Shown here in pieces: positions 51,539 to 64,000 of a DNA stretch of 64,000 nucleotides (its first letter is position 1; each line of letters starts with the position of its first letter). Source of the DNA: Nymphaea colorata (taxonomy: Eukaryota). The notes under the pieces are model-generated. The model was not told the DNA's origin. It did no database searches and was given only the letters and a program-made list of their open reading frames with translations. The translations under genes were made by a program, and so were the position numbers. The stretch lies in NCBI RefSeq assembly GCF_008831285.2, contig NC_045138.2, positions 14,880,001-14,944,000 of the forward strand, in the 5' to 3' direction.

Positions 51539-53330
51539 CTGAGATTTTTCATAGACCATCAAGAGAGATTACGTGATCAAATTCAGAAAATCCTAAAACT
51601 TTGACAGTAAAAAATTTAGCGAAATCTAACTCTGATCATTACTGTTGTTCCTTTTCTTTTCTGGAAATAGTATTCGCATTTGGATTCCAGTTGGTATGTA
51701 TAATAAAAGACTTGGTGAATTTTAGAACAGTAAAAAGAAGTTCAATCTCCATTGAGAGTTAACTTTGAACACTAAGACAAATATCTCGTGGGTTTTCTGC
51801 AGTCCGTTGCAGAGAGAAGGCAATATTTGTTACTACTTATGGACGGGAGGGTATCTTTCCCAGAAACAAAAGAATTGCATGTTCAACAAAAGTTATGCGT
51901 TTTCATAGATTGGAACACATGAAAAGAAGAACCATGAAATCCGCATATTCATGGGCGAAATTCCCGATGTTGCGTTGCGAATCATCGAAAGCGAATGATG
52001 ATAAGAAATAAGTAAACTAAAGGAGACATTCGGAAAAATAAAAGTGAAGTGGGGAGTTATGAAGCAATAATTGACAAAAAATCTTGGTTAAGTTAATTCC
52101 AGTTGAATTTAAACTATTGCCAGAAAATAGGGCAAAAAGCCAGGTAAATCGGATTCATGAGCACTTTTCATGCAAAAGTTGTTCTTTCATGTATTTCCAG
52201 AGAATATTTCAGACTATACATACATATTATATATTACATACATATGATATACATAAATATATATATATATATATATTTTCGCCTTATAGTTTTTCTGGCT
52301 GCAGTGTTCATAGCTTCAATAATTGTGTTTCTCTAACTATTTTTCAGGACAAATTTACAAAAGTAAGGGACAACAAAACAAGAATTTCATAAAGTTTGAA
52401 AACAGAGGCACGGCAGGAAACTTTTTGAATTTCTGGCTCTACCTTCGTACTCATTGCATAGTACGTGGTGTTTAATGTGGAAGGCACTGGAGCCCATCTT
52501 CCCTGAGGAGAAGAAAAATAACGATCATCGAAAATATTACTCGTTTAATTCCATCCTGCCCGCCTTTATTTTCTTCATCCTTTTGGGCCTCGTTTTCCAG
52601 AAAATATCGGAACTCCTCTTCGAATGAAATTCACTGAACTATGAGCCTTTTTTTTATAATGATAATAATAAAGTTCATGTTTCCTCTGAACTCCCATAAA
52701 CTGTTCTGTAAGTTATGAACTTTCGAATCATTTGATCCAAAAAACAAAAAGAGGAAAAGGAGTCCATGTTTCCTCTGCCATCTTTCGGTCTTAAAAGTAT
52801 CCGATCCTCCAACTTCTCTTTAAAGATGGGAAAAGAAAGTATTTAAAGGTCACTTTTTTATTATACGCGTCTTTTTCCTTACAATTTTTGTATTCTTTTA
52901 TTTTTTAATAGTTCCTTGATTCTAAACTAGGTAATACATAAGGTGCTTCTCCATCTTTTCCCTGTTAGTCATATTCATTCTTCAAATGGTTTTTGCTTCA
53001 TAAAAAGAACAGCAGTATATGGATCGGAATTTTTTTTTTTTAGTTTTTAGCTTCAACCACCCAATATATTCTAGGCAATAGACTAATTAAACAATGAAGA
53101 CATTCTCCTTTCCCGTACCATAGAAGAAGAAGAAGAAGCCAAGTTAATAGTTCCGTGTTTCTTCTTCCAAAGGGAGAAGAAATGAACAAACACGGATTTC
53201 TTCCTCAAATAATGAAATAACCAAACCAGAAAGTGGAAAAGAGACAGTAGGAACAGTAAGATAAGGAAAAGGAGCAGGGAACAGAAAAAAAAAAAAACAG
53301 AAGAGAGAGAGAGAGAGAAGCCAAACTTAC

Positions 53331-54206
53331 CTCTTCCATCATGGTGATCAGCTTAGCTTTCTTCATCTGAAGCTCTTGCCTGTCTGCAGCACTCAATTCA
53401 CTCCCTTGGTTGCTCCCCACATCTCCTCTATCTTCAGCCGTCGGTTCCTTCTTGGTCTTGCCTTCCTTTTCCGTCGATTTAGCATCCCCCTGGCTCTTCA
53501 TCCCCCTCCCCACATTCACAACCTCATCCAGAAGTTGCTGCGCAGCTTTCAGATACTTGGACCCCATTAAAACGCTCTGCAGTCCACCTTCCCATTTCAC
53601 GGTCCTCTCCTCTCCAGTTTCCTCCCCGCCGCTGCCGCCGCCTCCTGCCGAAGATGGAAGCACCGCCGCTGCTGCCGGTGCGTCCGACCTGAAAGAATTG
53701 GTTGAGGCCATGAATTGCACCGGCGAGGAAGACAGGCTCAGTGACAGCCCACCCTGCTGCTCCCTCCGCAGGCCGACCTGCGATGGGACTTCGCCGACGG
53801 ATTGATGGCCGGAATCGGCGACAATTCCCGGAATATGATGTTGGTTCCCGGAGGAACTGGCGTTGGTGGTGGTGGGGCTGGTCTGGTTGATCGATTGGAC
53901 AAACGAGAATTCACTTGGATTGTTCCTCCACAGGTTGTGCTGCCTGAGATTGGAGGCGGCGTTGATGGCAGGACTCAACTCACTTGGGTGGCTGCCCATA
54001 GCCGGTGGTTGAGCCATCATGGGGATGCTGATAAATTGCTGTTCGTTTCCCGGCAACTGATTTCCGGCATGTTGGCCGAACATAAATATGTTTCCCTGTG
54101 CCGGCGCGTCAGGGAATCCAACAAAACCTGGGTTCATCAAGTACAGTGTCTGCATATTGTCCGCAGCCTGAATTCCCGGCATGTTGGTCGAGAAGTATGT
54201 AGCCAT
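53331..54206 (-). CDS. BLH1: BEL1-like homeodomain protein, first coding exon (SKY box)
   Basis: MATYF...QTLYLMNPG, GLSLSLSS, SKYLKAAQQLLDEVV, RQELQMKKAKLITMMEE; GAG|GTAAG donor; spliced CDS 2211 nt = 736 aa. Confidence 0.94.
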
Positions 54207-55955
54207 GATCTCTGAAATCAGGAAGAAGAAGCTCAAAGGATGCAGGTGTAGCCTTTCATAGAAACGGACGCGTCATGTTGGGAGAACCGAAACTGTGCAA
54301 TCTGAAGAAGCAGGTGGAACTCTGCTGCTCGGGATCAGCTTTTTATGCTTGGCAAATCAAAGGCCAGATGCTGTGGAAGTTGTCAGCAGATCAGGCCGCC
54401 ATGGATTTGGGACACTCCTTTTCCCTTGACACACATGTTAGAAAAGGATTGGTGATTTCTCTGAGCTCGAGTACCAAAAGTATCAGATCAATCTGTTGTC
54501 TAGCTAGCGAATATGGAGCAGCACCACCAGTTTGGCACTAGCCTGCCTGAAAAAGAGGGAGAAAGGAAGAGCTGAACAAGCGCTCAATGACAAGAGGGCA
54601 GGGAAAAGATGTAAGAAACCTGACTCTTTCCTTCTGCTCTTTTCTTCTAGAATTTTACATCACAAACATGTTCTTCCGTTCAGAGGATGCCTATTATAGC
54701 GACCCCAAACCGAAATAATGAGAAAAAACAAGGAAAAAATAATGGTGGGTTTGAATCTTGACTGACACAACAAGGGATGTCAGAAGGGATATCCACAACC
54801 AGAACAAAAAGAGCAAGACGAGGACTTGTGAAATGGAAAAGGTTCCTGGGTATTGTACCAATAAACTAAGAGTATGTTTCCAATAAAATAAACGGGCAGA
54901 GAAATGTATACCCATCTTCATCAATCGTCAGGTTGGTATTGTTTAATTTGAAATCCGATCTAATTTAGTCCTTGTCCCTTGATGGAGCACAGGGATCAAA
55001 AAGATGGGATCGAGCACCAACCTGATTGGAGTTCTACGATTTGACCTCCTCTCTCATCATTAGCTGCAGGCCGTCACGATGGCAGGTCTGTTTATAGAAG
55101 AAGATTGATCAGAGAGAGAGAGAGAGAGAGAGAGAGGAATATATATATGGAGAGCAGGGGAAGGAAGAAGAAAGCGTGAGATGGAGAACCTAAAAGTTCA
55201 CTCCTGGTGTCAGAGAGGGTCTCAACTCTCAAAGGGGACGAGGAAACGTCCATTTCTATGAAACAAATGAGGTGATTTTTCTCTTTTGATATATAGAAAA
55301 TGGCGGAAACCACTCGTTGTCGTTGCCATCAAAATCAAAGCTTTTCAGTTTATGCAATTATATGGGGCATATATTTAATTGCCTCTACCTGTTGGGTATT
55401 TCCTGGTGGGATGAATTGAAGTTGAAGAAACACTCACAACTACCACCACAATGCTTGATAGAGGTTGCGCGTTTTTTTCTTTTTCCCTTCTTGCTGAATT
55501 ATGGGAAACGAAAGCAGAAAAAATAGAAAAGGCAAAACCTCAATGTAAGGCAAAGAAAGATATTAGAAAACTTACAAATTTCTGATTCTTTTAACATGAT
55601 ATAGCAGAAAGCCATCTCTCTCTCCTCTTCTCCCTCTCTCTCTCTCTCCCCTATGTTATCACGTGAAAGTGACCATCCAGAGATGACAGTGGAGACTCCA
55701 TTTCCAGTTATTAGAAATGGTCCCTAGCGTACGTCTGCACACTCTGCTGGAAGTTGACAATAAAAAGGAGAAGGGGAAAAGCTAAGGTTCCAATCGCATA
55801 GCTATAGAGAGAGTGAGAGTGAGAGAAAGAGCCATTTACCTTGGTTTCGTTGCAGCTATTGGTAAGTTCCTGCCGAACCAAGCACTTTCTTCACAGACAT
55901 GATAACTTAGTTATGCCTTATGACATATAATTGCAGAGAGAGAGAGAGAGAGAGC

Positions 55956-55990
<35 letters not shown>

Positions 55991-56984
55991 AGGCGGTTAG
56001 CAATCTTTGGTAGATTATTACCAACCAAAGGTTTTCTTGACATAAATTATTCGTTAGATATTGTAAAAAAATTTGCATTGTAAAAAATAATGCACCCTTT
56101 TTCCTTGCGATGGTCCCCTGGTGGATAATTTGTCTTTTTTCCAAGAGAGAGAGAGAGAGAGAGAGAGAGGCAGGCCCTACACACTCCTTTACTAGTAATT
56201 GTCAACATATACGGTGAAAGGGAGTACATATCAATATTAAAATTGGGGCATAACTATATATATAGGTATGATATTTTGATTGACTCAATAAAGAAGACAC
56301 GTTAGTTAGGCAAATCAAGAAAAGTGTGTTCATATTATGCCAAAATATTTCCCTTTTGCTTTTGTAGATATTGTTTCAAACTGAAGCCCGGTTTATAAGG
56401 GAGAAATGAGTTTCAAGTAAACAGAAAAAGTATTTGATTGTACTGTCTAGTTGGTAGTTGGAGCCTACCCTTTTCTTTATACCATCAGGATACTGGGTAT
56501 GCTTTCGATGTTTTGGGTAACATCCATATTATGCTTCAACTTTCATACTTAAGTTAAACTAAAATATATAATGAATTAGAACACACATTGTAGGCAAACC
56601 CATGACTCAGACTCAAATTCGTCAAATTAGTTGAAGGCTAGATCATTGGGATAGAAAGTTGACCTAGTGACTCGTTTGGGTTAGGTTATAAATTTTATAG
56701 AGTATTTTTCATAAATAGATGAAAAAGGTAACTCTGTCTTGAGATTTTATTTTTGATTTCTTCATGATCCAAAACTGAAAAACATGTAATACAAATATTT
56801 CTGTATATATAGTTGTCATGTTTCAGAATTTAAAAAAATAATAAACTTCTGTATTCAGCAATGTGCAACAAAAAAAAAAACATGTAATTAGTTCATGTTG
56901 GACTTCGACTTGTGACCTAGTAAATAGACCATCGTGGCTCACTCGAACAACTCGCGACTCAGATCAGCAAGTTTTTCTGGTTAT

Positions 56985-57043
<59 letters not shown>

Positions 57044-58743
57044 TTAGTCAATGTAAGTTTGAAAGCCCTCCTTAGTTATACCTTCCCTCTCTTGTCTCTC
57101 TCCCCCTTGAGCAATCCAAGTCCATGACGCAAGCGATCCACCAACTTGGTACTATTCAACAGAACCCAAAACCCATTTCCACCCAAAACCCTAACTCACT
57201 TTATTATCTTGCAAGTTTCTTTTTTTCCTCTTCAACGGTCCCATTTGAATGCTGTATTATCCCTATGCCCTCCTTCATACGGTGGCCCTTCCTTGTCTCA
57301 CCCTAGGACTGCCATGTGTCGTCATGTCGACCGTAGATCTCTATTAAGCAATTTCGGCCGTCGGATCGATCGCGCATGGCCAACACGACACGTCATTTTT
57401 GTCTGGAGAGAGATATTTGCAATGTTTGTGGTTCACATGCATGGTGGGCACCACCCACATGGGACGAATGCTGCATGGTAAACATGTACACCAGCCCAAG
57501 TATTAATGTCATTGCTACAAGGTCACACTATTTGAATCGAGTAGTTCAAATACTTTTTCCCTCACATCGCAACATATACAATATGCATGGTGTAGAAGTG
57601 CCCAGATAAACCGGAGACTTCCAGAAAAGATCACATATTGAGACCACCGTCGTGGTAGAGATAAAGATCACGTATTGGCATCTTTAAATTAGAGTTGAAG
57701 TGCAAAAGCTATTATTGATTATAAAGTTAATTAATATAAAGACAAAAAAACAAAAAATTTTAAGTCAACATTGGATAAGAAGCTAAGCTTTTTTTTTTTT
57801 TTTACCTTGTTTGTGATTGAAGTGAAGTAAAATTTGTGGAGTAATACTCCATCCAAACCTACACCTAATAAAGGTGGAGAGGTCTCACTCGCGGCAGATT
57901 TGCATCGCAAATATCCTATCCAAACCTAACCAGGCATAGACCTGGGGCCAGAGGGCTTAGCAGTCGACAAAGTCTCTCAACTCGAGTGCAGTTTTACCAT
58001 GCATGTGACAAAGGAATTATGGAAGTAAAATTGGTGCTACCTCCAACCAATTTTCCTCTATGCTAAGGAACTTTGTGGGACTTGATGAAATTCTCACTCC
58101 ACAATATTGCAATTAGAGGTCATTTCAAACATTAGAGGAACTAATTAACAAATTATTGCAGCCGTCTCAAGTTTTAAAAATTTTCAAAAAAAAAAAAAAA
58201 GAATTCCAATGAACGCTTAAACTTTTATTGACAAAATTCCTTGTTGTTTTTTGTTTTTTAAATTTATATTGACTGGGAAACCCGGGTATTTACACTCGCG
58301 TCCTGGTCAAGTAAAACTGTCAAGGTGTTCTTGACTTGCTATATTTTAGCGTGTGTCTCATATCCTGTTTGCAATACCATGTGATACGCGCACTGTGTTC
58401 TTGTGTCTATCACTCTTTTCATTGGACATTTTTCAATCAAAACAAGGTTTATACATGTCTCTGTGCGTGTGTCACCTCTTAGATGGTATAAAAGTAGTTG
58501 AAAAATGTCGAACTGTATGGTAAAAAACATAAAAAAAACAGATTTATAGTTGAAATATGATTAATAATTTGTATGATTAAGTAAATTTAAAAACTCTAAT
58601 GCTCAATTTTTTTATATAAAGTATTATCTTTCGAAAAAAGTAAAAAATGTGCGGTTGGAAAAACACAGTTCAGAACAACAGGTCGAAAGATAAAGCGAGA
58701 GAGAAAAGGATGAGTTAGGTGTTTTGGCTCCTCTTGTCCAGGC

Positions 58744-59165
58744 GTGGGGGGCCCAGGGAAGGTGCCCCCTGCCACGCTGGCACGCACTAAATGGGAAGGG
58801 TAGAGTACTTCCACCCCGTGGGGACCACACCTTTTGGCGTTTGAACCGACGTGCAAGATAACGTAAAGTAGCGTGTTCCGTCCGCGTTCTTGGACTTTTC
58901 CTCGCAATCAACGGTCCCGGAGGCCCCACCGGAGCCACGCGTCGGAACATCAACGGTGGAGACGTCAGCCGATCGCCCGCACAGTTGCCTTTAGTCCTCT
59001 CATTGCGGTGGGACCCAGAGATTCGCACATACAATCAGAGAGAAGCAAAAAGAGTGGGGCCCGCGGCGTCTTTGGGACCTCCAATCAGAGACGGTAACGT
59101 AGGAAGTGGGTCCCCGTTGCTGGTGCTGAGAGTCAATGCGGCATCCAATGGGAAGGGCGGTGGGG
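58744..59165. promoter_or_regulatory. GC-rich island with clustered TCP-binding motifs upstream of BLH1
   Basis: Exact GTGGGNCC/GGNCCCAC at 58922, 59008, 59054 and 59106, variants at 58744, 58818 and 59073; CCAAT at 59081 and 59145. Confidence 0.5.
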
Positions 59166-59400
59166 CTTTTCAGCCGCTTGCGCTGCCCGTCGGTAGGGCC
59201 GGGCAGGCCCGCTATCGCCATTATTCCATTATTGTTAGACAACCGAGTTCGAACTTCCAACACGCAATTCGATCCATGCTTCCCTCTTTCTCTCTCTAAA
59301 ACATCATACATAGTTTATTCACTATGTTCTTTAGCGATATAATAACATTAAGTTTGCCGGTTCCATGTTTTTTTTTTCTTTCTTACTCAATTCTTGCTCA

Positions 59401-59470
59401 AGGGGTATGGCGTAGCTAGACGAACATGCATTAATGTCGAAATCCCAATTCCTGGGTTCAATCTTTATCA
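59401..59470 (+). mobile_element. Possible degenerate SINE head
   Basis: A-box-like TGGCGTAGCTAG (59408) and B-box-like GGGTTCAATC (59454); a similar remnant at ~29910-29962. No tail or TSD identified. Confidence 0.3.
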
Positions 59471-62400
59471 GGGCGAAGTCTTTGTGTTTTATGAAGCAGA
59501 AGATGTATACTAAGCACCTATGTAGCCCTCAATTTCCTCCTCAAGCCACCCTCCCTTTCTCTCTCTCTCTCTCTCTCACTAAATTAATCCGGCCCATGAC
59601 AAAAAACCATGGTTGTATTAACTGACTATTAACTTTTTCTCTTCTAACAAAACTAACTGTATGAACTTGATTAATACAGAAAGAAAGGGACTAGATTCCC
59701 AACATATGGTTAAATAGGGCGTCCCTATTGAATGATGGTATACACCAACTCTCTTTGTCAACTAAAAGAATGCACTGCCATGGTCCACAGGTTGATTTCT
59801 AGATTCTTGTAAGCAAATATCTGCTCTGTTATGAGCTAATCAAGTTGTTACTTGATCCTGAATAGATTTTTCAAAAGGGAAAACATTTGTGATCCAGTAC
59901 TCCTGATGAACTCAACTACTTTGTTAGTTCAAAAGCCACTCAATTTCGACGCGAATGAATTTTCGCGTGTTCATTCCCATGGTTATGGAATTGTCTGCTT
60001 GTGTTTGATTCTGCGTTCTTGTTGCTTCATGGTAGAAGCAAAAAAATTGACCAGGAAAGTAGATCCAATTTAAGTGGTTGTTGAGGCTTGGCCCATATCT
60101 AATTGACCTTACATGGTCCTGAACTTTAGGATAAGAAGTATGAGGTGATGTGAAAGTCTCATGGCAGCTTAGAGCTACAGAGAAGGATATAACTTGACTT
60201 GGTCAACAATGGACACCCATAGACACTTCTACATCATAAGAACTCAAATCTCCTTATACGTACGTAAAGTGTGACAGTTTGATAAATTGGATCTATATCA
60301 AAATGGAGAAACATATGGAACAACTTCTGTGGAGCGAACTTAGGTGTCTTGAACCATCCATCTCTATAGTGGGTGATGGGAGATAACGTCCACTAATATT
60401 CACTAGTGTCCAACCACACTTTGGAAGGATCCAGATAAGATTTGCCTCAGGTCTCAGATGGTTCAATTTGGTAAGATGGTTTTGTCATTTTCTGCTATCA
60501 CTAAATATACTTTTCTTTTCATTTTTTATTTTCTTTCTTGCAACCGTTAACGTGGACAAGATCCACAGCAAATTTCATATGTATATCAAGAGATGGAGAA
60601 AGAGATTAGTCAATGTCAGATCACTTGAGTAAGGAAAAAAAAGAAAAACCAGACTTCTTAAAATTTGCATTAAAAAGTGTTCTAAACAAAATGTGAATAT
60701 CCTAATATATTTGTCGCCACTAATTTAACATAAATAATGTTTTAGTTCAAGTTAGTTTTGTAAAAGATCTTTCTACTGTCATGTTATAAGAGCTACTAAA
60801 TTTTTTATTATTAAAAAAATATTATTATGTAAAGAATGACTAACTTGATATGTATTTCTCACTAAATCACTTTAAGATCATATCTATAAGATTAGATTGT
60901 AAAAAAGATATTTAAATAATTATATATATAGATATATATAACAACAACAAGGTGGTACTCGGGTCCAGTAACTCACGCCTTCTGAAGGAGATAGACAAGC
61001 GGATGCACGGCAATGATTAACTTCAGGTTGCAACCAAAATGGGACTGAAGAAGTTTACGACTGGTTTCTTTTCATTACTAAAAAGAAACTAAAAAAGGGG
61101 AAAGGGAAGGTGACTTTGAAAAAAGAACAAGCTGCAACAGAAATTGTTGGTAGCAATATAATTCGAAACTACCTCTGATTTATAAAAATATGCTCTTGAA
61201 ATATTCTTCATAATTCCGGTCCCCAGCATCTGCCCATGTCAACTCATGTCCATTTCTCTTGCTTGTTCAAGGGAAGGAAAATTTCTTGAATATACTGTTT
61301 ATAATACCATAGATATATGTTTTAGAATATCTACTGTTCAGAATATGTCATTGTCCTCTTTTAAGTAAGTGGGTAGACAAGGTCGGCACACAAGATAGAA
61401 AAGATAAGCTGCTTTTAAGTGACTAAATGTGAGACACAGGTTTTTGTACCCCCAACGTTTTTCTGCGCTAAAACCCTTTGAATAAATGTACAAATGGTTA
61501 AAGCATTTTGACATGATTCTTTACCTGCATAGTTTATCTTACACATAAGATGTTGAAGCTTATTGTTGAAAGGCAATATATAGGAAAATAATAACAAAAG
61601 TAGAAATATTTCACATGCACATAGTTGAGTACATGTAAAATTATTTACTCAAAAAGACTAACTTCAACTTTATATTGGTTTTCAAAAATGACCTTACATG
61701 TGATATTGTATCGAGGAGCATAGCTCAAACGGGAGAACTTGGGGCGCACTATGCAGTTTCTGAACCTTAAAGGAGTTGGTCCAACATACAAGTTAAAAGC
61801 ATTTGGAGATCTCGTTAGCTGATACTGATACAGTTCTGAGCTCTAAAGAAAAGGAAAAGGAAGGGAGCTTGGGTCTCACCAAAAACATTATGTCATGTTG
61901 GTCGATGCCTGTAGACGTGTGTATGTCGACCACACAATCTAATTGCGACAATAATTTTTACTTTTTATTCGCTTTCTTTTGTCCTTCTTTTCCTGTTTGT
62001 TTTTATTTTCCTTTTGTTGGGGTAAGCATCTGCATGGTTTTGCTTTTCTCTTTTTGCATTTTAAGGTCATCATGCGATCGGCAATCTCCCTCTTTCTGCC
62101 TGCTGCTTTTTGAGAACTGAGAGACTGCATTATTGATCAGATGGGGCAACGTGTGGAGATAAGAGTGACGCAACCAAATTAATTAACGGGCGGTGCATGG
62201 GCCACCATGTATTATGGACTGGCTAGGTCAGGATATGAGCTGCCCGGTCCTCGCCAACGTGCATGAAAGTTGACGTCCAGGGCCCGACCGACTTGTGGGC
62301 TCCCGGTGCCCCTGTGGACATATTCTGCTGGCTATCATTACACCAAATAGTTTATGGGGAAAAAATCGGATAAGTATTGAATATATATTATATATATGAT

Positions 62401-64000
62401 CTAGCTATTTTGAGTTATCCAACTCATTCATGAGAGAAGTTTGATTTATCGTGATCATGATTTTCACACTTTTTTTATTTTTATTTTTCTATCAATTGTC
62501 CATCACGATGGATGAGATGGTATACATGTATAGCCACACGCACATATGTTTGTAATTAAAATAATAATGCACACTCTTTATCTCCTCCTTCCTCTCTCCT
62601 TCTCTACCTATGCCGCCAAATTGATTTGGCTGGGCTCTTGGGCGAAGCTTGGAGAGTGTGACACCAAGTTGTACAATGTCGCCTCATTATGGCCATGGAC
62701 ACTCGGACAAGGGAAAAGGGTGAGGGTGGCTCTCGACCCGGCAATGGATTTCCTGCCTTTGCACTTGAAGTTAGAGCAGTAACTCTATTAACAATTTTAT
62801 GTCAGATTAATGTCCAAATTTTGTGCACGAGAGAGAAGGGGGTATATGCCAATGGAAGGCAAAGTAATCATACGAAGCACTAATAAGCATAGTCATCTCC
62901 TAAGCAACAAAACAAAATGTATCAATACAACAGTATCATCTACAATTTCACATTGTATGCGTGAATATGTATGACATGATACACCATCCGATGTATTATA
63001 TTGGGCAGCATGGATGGTGGGAAGAATCCAATTTTATATTATATACATATATATATAATATGCGTGTGTTTTCCAGGCCATTCTATTGACTAAGACGTTC
63101 AAACATCAGTATCAATAATCTTTGAGCAGAGAGCAGAAAGGCTCCTGCGGCTCGTGATGTAGATACCTGAGTCACAGACAACCGGTATCTCGTGGAAGTC
63201 TGTGCCCGTGCATGTGTATTTTTCCATAAAGCATGCCATCAATTTTAAACATTCTGATGCACAAGGGGTGACATCACATGCATTGGTTGGGAACCCCAAT
63301 GTTGATTCTTCCTCTAACAACGACCCCATTGATCATGTGTTGGTTCACATTGTTTTAATATAATGTGTCCCACAAAACAACAGGTCAAGGGCAGGCATTA
63401 TTTATCTTGGACCTCATCTGTAAGGCGGTACTGTTACTGAAGATGCTGCTGACCTAATCTGCCAATGTTTTTGGATGTGTTGTACCATAGAATTGACCTT
63501 CTTGTTTGTTTTCCTTCCGTTATGATGATGTCTTTTCCTCTGCAGGCTGGCTTCATTTTGTTGGTTTTTTCCCCATTCTTTCTATTTCCTTTCGTTCAGA
63601 TTTGATCATCCTTGAACATTCTTGTTTGATTTCACCCTCTTGTGTGTATGTGCGTGGTGTTTCTTTAGCTTGGACAAGGGTCTTTGGAATGCTTCAAAAG
63701 GCATGGACAGTGCCTAAATTAAGAGTTTGGCATTCCTTGTGCCATGAGTAGACATCACTATTCTAAATTAAGTTTAATATCAATCTCTCTGATTTAAGTT
63801 TACGTCTTGCACCCATTAGGTTATACTGATGTTCAGCTAGTTCTTCGTCTTTGATGTCGTTCTTCTGCTACTGTGGACTAAACGGCTCCCTCAGTCTTTC
63901 ATTTTTGTCTTGATTTTCTACGTGTATTTTTCTTTACTTGGTTTGTTTGTGTATCTCTGGCGACGCCAGTACTTCTTTTGTTTGTTTTTTTTATGTTTCC

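Noticed and set aside
53376..54215. Plus-strand ORFs antisense to BLH1 exon 1, and similar ones over the ATXR6 and Dof exons
   Set aside because: Antisense or frame shadows of real coding exons with no domain features.
61715..61760. GGAGCATAGCTCAAACGGGAGA, a tRNA-like 5' end
   Set aside because: No T-arm/B-box or acceptor-stem complement; at most a SINE or tRNA relic.

Overview
Flowering-plant (angiosperm) nuclear DNA: spliced genes, AT-rich intergenic DNA, many (GA)n/(TA)n microsatellites and MITEs. An early-diverging angiosperm such as a water lily is only a guess. Five protein-coding genes can be reconstructed with frame-consistent GT-AG splicing: (1) a 5'-truncated PHD-finger + AIPP2-like SPOC protein (+, 5466-9522; first exon appears to lie upstream of the window, and that intron is packed with TEs); (2) an ATXR5/6-type H3K27 monomethyltransferase, ATXR6-like (+, 11227-13626, 6 exons, 390 aa) with E2F sites in its promoter; (3) a DOF1.2/3.5-type Dof zinc finger (+, 21924-22781); (4) an intronless PUB22/23/24-type U-box/ARM E3 ligase (-, 38971-40206); (5) a BLH1-type BEL1-like homeodomain protein (-, 48663-54206, 4 coding exons, 736 aa). 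TEs with boundary evidence include a triple-nested set of non-autonomous hAT elements with 8-bp TSDs, a solo LTR with a 5-bp TSD, a tRNA-derived SINE and Tourist-like MITEs. The best candidate for something undescribed is a ~450-nt nested fold-back on the minus strand at 18310-18758, downstream of a TATA box and pyrimidine patch. It looks like a long-hairpin MIRNA/hairpin-RNA gene and matches no miRNA family I recognise. All analysis was by eye; no folding or database searches were run.
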